The notes under the pieces: model-generated | Databases searched by the model: none | What the model saw: only the letters and a program-made list of their open reading frames with translations | What the model was told of the DNA's origin: nothing | Made by a program: the position numbers and the translations under genes | Assembly (NCBI GenBank): GCA_964544225.1 | Contig: CAZIZK010000001.1 | Coordinates: forward strand, 143,477 to 207,476 | Reading direction: 5' to 3' | DNA length: 64,000 nucleotides | Origin: an uncultured Candidatus Saccharibacteria bacterium | GTDB taxonomy: Bacteria > Patescibacteriota > Minisyncoccia > Phycocordibacterales > UBA9973 | Shown: in pieces, positions 47,556-55,991 of the stretch | Position numbering within the stretch: the stretch's first letter is position 1 | How the letters are laid out: each line of letters opens with the position of its first letter

Positions 47556-47864
47556 ATGAATAATACACAAACAGTACAAATTAGAATAGATGCAAAGACA
47601 AAGTTAGCAGCCCAGAAAACTTTCAAGGCTCTAGGTATGGACATGTCTTCTGGAGTAAAGATATTTTTAACTCAAGTGGTCAAGGACCAGTGTTTTCCTT
47701 TTGTACCAAGTACAAAGAAGAATATTGCTTTACGCAAAGAAATAGACAAAGAAATAGCAGAAATAAAAAAGGGTGGGGTTAAAGGTTATAAAAATGCAAA
47801 AGAATTACACGAGTCTATCTTAGGAAAAAAGGAATACTCAAAATATGCTAGTTTACAAAAGTAA
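47556..47864 (+). CDS. dinJ: RelB/DinJ family antitoxin
   Basis: VQIRID..TK..A...F..LG.DMS....IFL......PF pattern; overlaps the toxin gene. Confidence 0.9.
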   Translation: MNNTQTVQIRIDAKTKLAAQKTFKALGMDMSSGVKIFLTQVVKDQCFPFVPSTKKNIALRKEIDKEIAEIKKGGVKGYKNAKELHESILGKKEYSKYASLQK

Positions 47865-48123
47865 AAATTATACAAAATCCCTAAAAAAGATTTTAAGAGG
47901 TGGAAAAATTCACATTCTGGAAATAGAAATGGTTATTGATTTGTTAGCAGAAGGAAAAACTCTCCCAATCAAATATCAAGACCATTATCTGACAGGAGAA
48001 TTTACTGGATGTCGTGAATGCCACATAAGGCCAGACTTGCTCCTAATATATAAAATTGAAAAAAATATTCTAATCCTCACACTCATCGATATAGGTAGCC
48101 ACTCCAAACTTTTCGGTAAATAA
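47845..48123 (+). CDS. yafQ: YafQ family mRNA interferase toxin
   Basis: YQDHYLTG, RECHIRPDLLLIY and GSHSKLF motifs. Confidence 0.92.
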   Translation: MLVYKSKNYTKSLKKILRGGKIHILEIEMVIDLLAEGKTLPIKYQDHYLTGEFTGCRECHIRPDLLLIYKIEKNILILTLIDIGSHSKLFGK

Positions 48124-48154
48124 AATTCCCATAGGTCCGACCTATGGGAATTTT
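48122..48154. repeat. REP-like hairpin / bidirectional terminator
   Basis: AAAATTCCCATAGGT-ccg-ACCTATGGGAATTTT; same AGGTCCGACCT core as 33788. Confidence 0.85.
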
Positions 48155-50001
48155 TATTCTACTGTTACGCTTTTTGCGAGGTTGCGGGGTTTGTCTACAT
48201 CGGCACCGCGGAGTATGGCTGTGTGGTAGGCGAGTAGCTGGAGGGGGATGACAGAGAGTATCGGCATCCATTCGTCAGGCACATTTGGAATTTCAATTAC
48301 ATGGTCAAATATTTTATACGCTTCAATATTACCTGCGCGAACTATACCCACAGTCAGTGCGCCACGAGCTTTGACTTCTTGAACATTGGATATCACTTTC
48401 TCTAACAAGTTCTCGTTTGTAGCGACAACTATTACAGGAAAGTCCTTCTCCACTAGTGCTATCGGGCCGTGCTTCATCTCGGCAGCGGGGTAACCCTCGG
48501 CATGGATGTATGATATTTCTTTCAGCTTCAGTGCACCTTCCAGTGCCACAGGGAACAATGCACCACGCCCTAGGAACAATGCATTGTCTTTGTCTTTCAA
48601 AATGTTAGCGATCTCTTTTACTTTATCTTCTTGTTTCAAAACTTCTTCCACCTTGTCGCCAATATTTTCCAAAGACTCTACGAGTTTCACATAGTCAGCT
48701 TCGGCGAGTGTGCCACGAGTCTTTGCAAGTAGTAGTGCAAGCAATGACAGTATCACAACCTGTCCAGTAAAAGCTTTTGTACTTGCCACACCTATCTCGG
48801 GACCCACGTGTATGTATGAACCTGCGTCAGTTGTACGCGCTATCGATGAGCCAACAACATTACATATGCCATAAGTCACTGCCCCCATCTCCTTTGCCAA
48901 TGCGAGTGCTGCGAGCGTGTCGGCAGTTTCACCTGACTGTGAAATGGCTATTACTATGTCGTGCTTGTTTAGTATTGGGTTGCGGTATCGGAACTCTGAA
49001 GCATACTCTACCTCCACAGGCATGCCAGCTAGTTGCTCCACAAGATATTCACCCACCAAGCCTGATATCCAAGACGTTCCACAAGCAACTATTATAAGTC
49101 GGCGAGCTATCACTAATTGCTCACTGATCTCCTCCAAGCCTCGCAAGTGCACAGAGTGGTCAGGAAGTATGTGTCCGCGAAGTGCGTCAGATATTGTATG
49201 CGCTTGTTCAAATATTTCTTTTTGCATGTAGTGATCGTATCCACCTTTCTCCAACATCTCAGCTTCGAGAGTCAGCTTCTCGATGAACGGTGTCTGTGGC
49301 ACACCCGCGATCGATGAAACATTGTATTCACCACTGCGCTTCAACACAGCTATCTGATTGTCATCGAGATATATTACGTTCTTTGTATATTCGGCTATCG
49401 GTGATGCATCAGATGCTATGAAGAATTCTTGCTCGCCTATACCTACTACAAGTGGACTACCACGACGTGCCACGATCAGTGTGTCGGTATCATGCTCGTC
49501 CATAACGATGATCGCATATGCGCCGATGACTTGGGTGAGGGCTTCACGCACAGCTTCGAATAGTGATAGATTGTCTTTTACTTTTACAACTTCGATCAGG
49601 TGGGCTAGGACTTCGGTGTCAGTGTCGGAATTAAATGTATGCCCCTCTTTTTCCAGAGCTTGTTTTAATACTGCATAGTTTTCGATAATGCCGTTGTGGA
49701 TCAGAGCGATGGATTTAGATTCGGATAGATGTGGGTGCGAATTGCGGTCAGAAGGTTCGCCGTGTGTTGCCCAGCGTGTATGGCCTATACCTATCGTACC
49801 TTTGACATTACTGTTGTCAGTTAGTTTCAACAGTTCTGCAACTTTACCGTTCTTCTTGTACACACGCATACTACCTGTGCCTGCATCTTCTACTAGTGCT
49901 ACACCCGCAGAATCATAACCACGGTATTCTAAGCGTTGCAAACCCTTTATTATAATAGGGAAGGCTTCGCGCTTCCCGATGTATCCTACTATTCCACACA
50001 T
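48154..50001 (-). CDS. glmS: Glutamine--fructose-6-phosphate aminotransferase
   Basis: MCGIVG, GHTRWATHG, SQSGETADT and PRNLAKSVTVE motifs. Confidence 0.99.
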   Translation of the reverse strand: MCGIVGYIGKREAFPIIIKGLQRLEYRGYDSAGVALVEDAGTGSMRVYKKNGKVAELLKLTDNSNVKGTIGIGHTRWATHGEPSDRNSHPHLSESKSIALIHNGIIENYAVLKQALEKEGHTFNSDTDTEVLAHLIEVVKVKDNLSLFEAVREALTQVIGAYAIIVMDEHDTDTLIVARRGSPLVVGIGEQEFFIASDASPIAEYTKNVIYLDDNQIAVLKRSGEYNVSSIAGVPQTPFIEKLTLEAEMLEKGGYDHYMQKEIFEQAHTISDALRGHILPDHSVHLRGLEEISEQLVIARRLIIVACGTSWISGLVGEYLVEQLAGMPVEVEYASEFRYRNPILNKHDIVIAISQSGETADTLAALALAKEMGAVTYGICNVVGSSIARTTDAGSYIHVGPEIGVASTKAFTGQVVILSLLALLLAKTRGTLAEADYVKLVESLENIGDKVEEVLKQEDKVKEIANILKDKDNALFLGRGALFPVALEGALKLKEISYIHAEGYPAAEMKHGPIALVEKDFPVIVVATNENLLEKVISNVQEVKARGALTVGIVRAGNIEAYKIFDHVIEIPNVPDEWMPILSVIPLQLLAYHTAILRGADVDKPRNLAKSVTVE

Positions 50002-50110
50002 ATGTATCTATCCTAAATGATATTGCAGAAGTAAGCAAGAAAATTGTAGTGTTTCATTACCTTTATAAAAAGGCTGTTTTGTGTTATAAATGACTTATTA
50101 AAAGGTAATT

Positions 50111-50178
50111 GCTTGTATCCAGACAATTAGAGTTGAAACCTCAATACAACGTTTCAAACCTAGAGTCTGGGGACAAGC
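50111..50178 (+). promoter_or_regulatory. Long imperfect stem-loop in the pnp leader
   Basis: GCTTGTATCCAGAC/GTCTGGGGACAAGC outer stem and TTGAAAC/GTTTCAA inner stem. Confidence 0.65.
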
Positions 50179-50187
50179 TTATATATT

Positions 50188-52314
50188 ATGAATACACAAG
50201 AGTTCGAAGTAGAGATCGGTGGCAAGAAAATTGTCGCTATGTTTAGTGACCTAGCTGACCAAGCAAATGGCTCAGTAATATTAAAGTCTGGTGGAACAGT
50301 TGTGATGGCGACAGCCGTGATCAGTCGTGATGGCAAATCAAATCCTGGGTTCTTCAACCTAACAGTTGAATATTTAGAAAAGTTCTACGCATCTGGCAAG
50401 ATCCTAGGCAGTCAGTTCATGCGTCGCGAGGGCAGACCAAGTGACCAGGCAATACTTGCTGCACGTGTTATCGACCGTACTATCCGCCCACTTTTTGACC
50501 ACCGTATAAAGAACGCAGTTCAAGTAATCATCACAGTTATCGCTATTGGTGACACTGACCCAAAGATGCTAGGTATCAATGCTGCGTCTGTAGCACTACA
50601 TATGTCCGACATTCCATGGGCAGGTCCTATCGGTGCTGTACATATAAGTAATACAAAAGACAATTCATCTCTAGCAGTTAACAACTACATCCCAAGTTCT
50701 GACGAGCCAGTCTACACACTGGACCTTATGGTATGTGGTAAGGATAGTACTATCAACATGATCGAAGCTATGACATTCGAACTATCTGAAGACACAGTTG
50801 GCCAGGCCTTTGACCTTGCAAGTGCCGAGATAACAAAGTGGGAGAACTTCCAAAAAGAATTACATGCAAAGATGGGCAAGGAGAAACTGGTCTTCGCAAC
50901 TGCAGAAACAACAGAGGAGATAAAGAGTCTCTTTAATGAAAAGATAGTTCCAATCCTCGACTCTGGATTATTTAGCAAGACAGATAGCAAGAAGACAATC
51001 GAACACGCTGAACACGAATGGAAAAAGATTTGTGAAGAAAAGTATGCCGAGGATCAAGCCATGAAGTTCATCGCCGAGGATTACATAGAAACATATATCG
51101 ACAAGGCACTACACACTGCAGCGCTCGAAAAAGATATGCGTCCAGATATGCGAGGACTCGATGAAGTTCGCGCCCTATCAGGTGTGGCTGGTGGTATATC
51201 CGATGTGTTACACGGCTCTGGAATATTCTACCGTGGGCAAACTCATGTTATGAGTGTCCTAACTCTTGCAGGACCAGAGAGCATGCACACTATCGACGGT
51301 GTAGAATTTAGTGCAAAGAAGAGGTTCATGCATCATTATAATTTCCCTCCATATTCTGCAGGTGAAACAGGACGCGTAGGTGGTATCAACCGTCGTGAGA
51401 TGGGTCATGGATTCCTCGCCGAGAAAGCTCTGCTTCCAGTACTTCCAGATAAAATAAACTTCCCATACACTATCCGTGTTGTTTCAGAATCGACAGCTTC
51501 AAATGGATCAACATCACAGGCATCTATCTGTGCTGCGACAATAGCACTTATGGATGGTGGTGTACCTATCAAGGCACCAGTGGCTGGTATATCTGTCGGA
51601 GTAATGATGGATGAAAACGATAGTACTAAATACAAATTGATAACAGATATCCAAGGTCCCGAGGATCACTACGGTGATATGGACTTTAAAGTCGCAGGAA
51701 CAGCGGTAGGTATCACAGCAATACAATTAGATATAAAGGTAGACGGTGTTCCAGTACAAGTACTGAAGGACGCACTAGTAAAAGCAAAGCAAGCTCGCCT
51801 ACACATACTTGAATCTATAAAGAATGTTATCAATACTCCACGTGCCGACATATCACCAAAGGCTCCGAAGATCGTAGTAACAAAAGTAAAGACAACTCAG
51901 ATAGGCCTGATCATTGGCCCAGGTGGTAAGAATGTAAATGCTATCCGTGAAGAAACAGGTGCTGAGATAAGTATCGAGGAAGATGGAACAATATACATAA
52001 CAGGCAAGGACGGTGCAGCAGATCGTGCAAAGAAGATTATCGAGGATATGACTCATGAGTACAAGCCAGGTGACACTGCGCAGGGTACAGTGGTAAAGAT
52101 CACTGACTTCGGTGCGTTCGTAAAGATAGGCCGTGATACAGAAGGGTTGGTACATGTTTCCGAGATTGCACCATTCCGTATTGAAAAAGTTTCAGATATA
52201 CTAAAGGAAGGGCAGACTGTGCCGATCAAGATATTGAAGCTCGATGAGAAGGGCAGACTAGCTTTCTCTATCAAAGAAGCTGACAAAGATTTCTTCAAAC
52301 CAAAAGCAGAATAA
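50188..52314 (+). CDS. pnp: Polyribonucleotide nucleotidyltransferase
   Basis: RREGRP, HHYNFPP, SNGSTS and DFKVAG motifs; KH and S1 domains. Confidence 0.98.
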   Translation: MNTQEFEVEIGGKKIVAMFSDLADQANGSVILKSGGTVVMATAVISRDGKSNPGFFNLTVEYLEKFYASGKILGSQFMRREGRPSDQAILAARVIDRTIRPLFDHRIKNAVQVIITVIAIGDTDPKMLGINAASVALHMSDIPWAGPIGAVHISNTKDNSSLAVNNYIPSSDEPVYTLDLMVCGKDSTINMIEAMTFELSEDTVGQAFDLASAEITKWENFQKELHAKMGKEKLVFATAETTEEIKSLFNEKIVPILDSGLFSKTDSKKTIEHAEHEWKKICEEKYAEDQAMKFIAEDYIETYIDKALHTAALEKDMRPDMRGLDEVRALSGVAGGISDVLHGSGIFYRGQTHVMSVLTLAGPESMHTIDGVEFSAKKRFMHHYNFPPYSAGETGRVGGINRREMGHGFLAEKALLPVLPDKINFPYTIRVVSESTASNGSTSQASICAATIALMDGGVPIKAPVAGISVGVMMDENDSTKYKLITDIQGPEDHYGDMDFKVAGTAVGITAIQLDIKVDGVPVQVLKDALVKAKQARLHILESIKNVINTPRADISPKAPKIVVTKVKTTQIGLIIGPGGKNVNAIREETGAEISIEEDGTIYITGKDGAADRAKKIIEDMTHEYKPGDTAQGTVVKITDFGAFVKIGRDTEGLVHVSEIAPFRIEKVSDILKEGQTVPIKILKLDEKGRLAFSIKEADKDFFKPKAE

Positions 52315-52324
52315 AAAAATATAA

Positions 52325-53224
52325 ATGGATGAAAATAATTCACAAAACAATATTGGTCCAGATGGTGCACCTGTAATACATACGTATGCAGGTGACATGG
52401 CCTCTATGGTGCGTGACCACGAAGCAAGTGTTATCAAGATAGCCATGGCCGAGCAAAGGCGTCGCGAACAAGAAGCTGCAAAAGTACAACATGCTCGCGC
52501 GAGCAAGCGTAGCACCTTCTTTGCTGTTGGTGCTGTAGTATTAGTATTGCTTACAATAGTTGGAGTGAAGTTACTAAAAGCAAAGATCGCTATCGACTCG
52601 GTGCACCCTGAAGTATTGACTCGTATACCAACATTTATACCTACCGATACAGACTCGGTAATAGATGCTGACAGGTTCACTGGTAAAGAAGACCTGACTT
52701 TAGTCTTCAACAAAGAGCGTAGCCAAGCTGGTAAAACAGGCGAGGTAAGATCCATATTCATGACCCTCGGTATAGGTGACACAAAAGAAGTCATGAAGAC
52801 AGGTGAATTTATCAAACTATTGCAAAGCAGTATTCCAGGCTCGATGGCTCGCACACTCGACGAATCTATGATGATGGGTATATACACCGATCAGAACTCG
52901 AACACTCACCCATATTTTATTTTTAAAAATAACAACTTCGACACAGCTTATGCTAGCTCACTTGCCTGGGAGAACACATTGCTCGATGAATTCTTTCCAT
53001 TGTTTGGTATCGATGTCAGTGGTGACAATAAACAACTTTTAGAAAATAGGTTTACAGACAAGCTGATAGAGAATATTGATACACGTATATTGTCTGACAA
53101 TTCTAGTAATGTCTTGATATACTCACTATTCCTAAACAAGGACTATTATATGATCACCGACTCTGAGCTGGTTATAAAAGAAATGCTAAAGCGCCTCAGG
53201 TCTATCAACACTACTGCTCGGTAG
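52325..53224 (+). CDS. Hypothetical membrane-anchored protein
   Basis: Single TM near the N-terminus; directly follows pnp. Confidence 0.7.
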   Translation: MDENNSQNNIGPDGAPVIHTYAGDMASMVRDHEASVIKIAMAEQRRREQEAAKVQHARASKRSTFFAVGAVVLVLLTIVGVKLLKAKIAIDSVHPEVLTRIPTFIPTDTDSVIDADRFTGKEDLTLVFNKERSQAGKTGEVRSIFMTLGIGDTKEVMKTGEFIKLLQSSIPGSMARTLDESMMMGIYTDQNSNTHPYFIFKNNNFDTAYASSLAWENTLLDEFFPLFGIDVSGDNKQLLENRFTDKLIENIDTRILSDNSSNVLIYSLFLNKDYYMITDSELVIKEMLKRLRSINTTAR

Positions 53225-53259
53225 GTTGCGTGTTTGTGTGTGAATGATAATATGTATGT

Positions 53260-53610
53260 ATGATAAACATAGATAAACAAAAGGAAACTTTACAAGAAGA
53301 GAAGGTAAATTTAGAGAACGAACTCTCTGGCATGGGCTCTATTAAAAACGAAATAGGTGTATGGGTTGCGAGGCCAGAGGCCGAGACAGCTCCAGAAGCT
53401 GATGAGAACGATATGGCTTCCCGTGGTGAGGACTTTGAACTAAAGAGTTCTACAACAGAAATATTGGCAAAGAGACTCTCTGCAATAGAAACTGCAATTG
53501 CAAATATCGAATCAGGTATATATGGCAAGTGCTCTGTATGTGGTAACGATATTGAAGACGACAGACTAGAAGCAAACCCAAGCGCACAGACTTGCAAAGC
53601 CTGCATGTAA
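53260..53610 (+). CDS. TraR/DksA C4-type zinc finger protein
   Basis: Coiled coil with DENDMA; YG.CSVC...RLEANP.A.TCKAC. Confidence 0.9.
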   Translation: MINIDKQKETLQEEKVNLENELSGMGSIKNEIGVWVARPEAETAPEADENDMASRGEDFELKSSTTEILAKRLSAIETAIANIESGIYGKCSVCGNDIEDDRLEANPSAQTCKACM

Positions 53611-53625
53611 AATAAAATATGTTTC

Positions 53626-53743
53626 AAAAAAACATTAAATAGTTCTTGGAAAGGGGGTTTTGGGCGCGACGGCGACCAAACTTCAGGAGATTTTTACCAA
53701 AAAATCGACGTACCCTTGAAAAGAAGCTATTTGATGTTTTTTT
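53626..53743 (+). repeat. Multi-branched palindromic element, copy C
   Basis: AAAAAAACATTAAATAG/CTATTTGATGTTTTTTT outer IR; inner GATTTTT-ACCA-AAAAATC hairpin. Confidence 0.8.
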
Positions 53744-53759
53744 CTGTTATAATTAAATT

Positions 53760-55331
53760 ATGTCATTTTCCCGAGTATATGCTGCACAGCCATATTTACT
53801 CAAAGGTAAATTGGTAACAGTCGAAGTGGATATTACAAAGAATACCCTTCATGCATTTACTATGGTTGGCCTACCGGACAAAGCCGTCGATGAAGCAAAG
53901 GACCGCATGGCCTCTGCACTAAAGAACTCGGGCTTCAACTCTCCAAAAAGTCAGAATCAAAAAATAGTTATATCACTCTCACCAGCAGACCTGAAGAAGG
54001 AGGGTGCGTATTTCGACCTGGCTATCGCATTGGCGTATTTATTGTCTGCCGAAGAAATAGATTTCAATGCCGAGGGTCGTATATTCCTAGGTGAGTTAGC
54101 CCTCAATGGTGAACTGCGCCCGATTCGTGGGGCACTACCCCTGGCCCAAGAAGCAAAGAGGCTCGGTTATAAAGAGATATTTCTTCCACGTGCCAATGCT
54201 GTTGAAGCAGCACTTGTAAGTGGTATTGATGTATATGGTGCAGACACATTGAATGATGTTGTAGATCATATCCACCAAGTCAAATATGATAAGAAGGGTA
54301 ACCCTCTGGAGCCAGAAAGGAAGAAGTTAATAAAAGAAAAGGAAGCAGTAATAGAGAAAGTTGTAAAAGATTTCAAGACAGATTTCCAAGATATCCGTGG
54401 ACAGGAAAGCGCAAAGAGGGCACTAGAAATTGCGGCCGCAGGTGGCCACAATATTGCACTGTCAGGCCCACCAGGTACCGGCAAGACCATGCTTGCCCGC
54501 GCATTTTCACACATACTACCCGACTTGGACAACGAAGATATACTGGAGATCACAGGCATCCACTCGATAGTTGGCTTACTCGACGGTGCACTCGTCACCG
54601 AGCCACCTCTACGTTCACCGCACCATACAGCAAGCTATGTATCGATTATCGGTGGTGGGGCAAATGTGAAGCCAGGCGAAGTGACTCTAGCTCACAAAGG
54701 TGTATTGTTCCTCGATGAATTTCCAGAATTTGAAAAGAAAGTTCTAGAAAGTTTACGCCAGCCACTGGAAGACAACATGGTGTCGATATCACGTGCTCGT
54801 GGTTCTGCTACTTTCCCTTAGAACTTTATACTCATTGCTGCCATGAACCCATGCCCGTGTGGACACAAAGGCAACAAGCAAAAAGCCTGCATTTGTAAAC
54901 CAAACGATATTGATAGATACAATAGAAAATTGTCTGGCCCCATCATGGACCGTATCGATATATGGGTTACAGTCGGTGCGGTAGAGTACGACGCACTTTC
55001 CGAGACAGCGCCAAGTGGTACAAGTACAAATATAATAAAGGAGCGTGTCCGTATTGCCCGCGATATCCAAGGCAAGAGGTTAAAGCAAGCAACCCGCAGG
55101 ATAAAACTAAATAGCGAGATGAATGTAAAAGATCTGAACACTTTCGCCCCAATTTCAAAAGATGTAAAAGATGTTTTGAACCAAAGTGCCGAGAAGCTCC
55201 AGCTGTCGGCCCGCGCATATCACCGCACTATCAAACTTGCCCGTACTATTGCCGATATTGAACACAGTGCTGAGATAGAGATCCCTCATATCCTCGAAGC
55301 CCTGCAATACAGGCCAAAGATAAATCAATAG
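53760..55331 (+). pseudogene. comM: YifB/ComM Mg-chelatase-like AAA+ helicase interrupted by one in-frame TAG (54819-54821)
   Basis: [13 protein letters not shown] and LFLDE motifs; ...SATFP*NFILIAAMNPCPCG... continues in the same frame to EALQYR. Confidence 0.9.
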
Positions 55332-55365
55332 TAGACAAAATGGGTAAGGGGAGTAGAATATAAAT

Positions 55366-55641
55366 ATGATAAGAGAAATGTATAATCCACCAACAGGGGG
55401 ACCAAGAGAGGTGCCAAAAGAAGCTCCGAAATATATTGTGAACCCATCTGAATTGGCAGAAGTTCAGAAACAGGCACACATACTACTAGGTAGGATATAT
55501 GCAATGGGGAGGAATGACGCAGAAAGATCAGTGATAGATGGTGTGGTAGGTGATTATCAATCCGGCAAAATAAACTACACTGAAGCTTTAAACCAATTCA
55601 ACAAAATTCAAGAAACAAAAGACAGAGGAGATTACAATTAA
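55366..55641 (+). CDS. Hypothetical protein
   Basis: 91-aa ORF with upstream TAGACA...TAGAAT promoter-like sequence and terminator at 55654-55694. Confidence 0.65.
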   Translation: MIREMYNPPTGGPREVPKEAPKYIVNPSELAEVQKQAHILLGRIYAMGRNDAERSVIDGVVGDYQSGKINYTEALNQFNKIQETKDRGDYN

Positions 55642-55691
55642 AAAAAATACCTCTAAATAAAAATCCCAAGAAAATTTCTTGGGATTTTTAT

Positions 55692-55985
55692 TTATGCTTT
55701 CTTTTTTGTTGTAGTCTTCTTCTTTACTTTCTTTGATACAGGTTTTTCTGAATGAGGGGCTGTCTCTAGTGTTATTATCGGTGGGGTTAAGTTTACAGAT
55801 TTTTTCTTTTTCTTTACAGCAACCTTCTTCTTTGTTGTTGCTTTTTTTACAGGTTTTTTTACAGTCTTTTTTACAGTAGAAGATTTGGCCGCTGCCGCAT
55901 GAGCAGTATTGACCTCAAGTGGTAACCCTGACATGAAGAAAAATACAGGAACCAAAAGTATTAAAATAAATATTTTTCTCATCAT
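55692..55985 (-). CDS. Signal-peptide-bearing lysine-rich protein
   Basis: Hydrophobic N-terminus, AHA site, KK-rich tail. Confidence 0.65.
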   Translation of the reverse strand: MMRKIFILILLVPVFFFMSGLPLEVNTAHAAAAKSSTVKKTVKKPVKKATTKKKVAVKKKKKSVNLTPPIITLETAPHSEKPVSKKVKKKTTTKKKA

Positions 55986-55991
55986 AAAAAT

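Noticed and set aside
50002-50110. glmS ribozyme upstream of glmS
   Set aside because: Conserved AGCGCC...GACGAGG core not seen on the minus strand; the region is short and AT-rich
54843-55331. Independent 162-aa gene
   Set aside because: It is the in-frame C-terminal part of comM after the internal TAG
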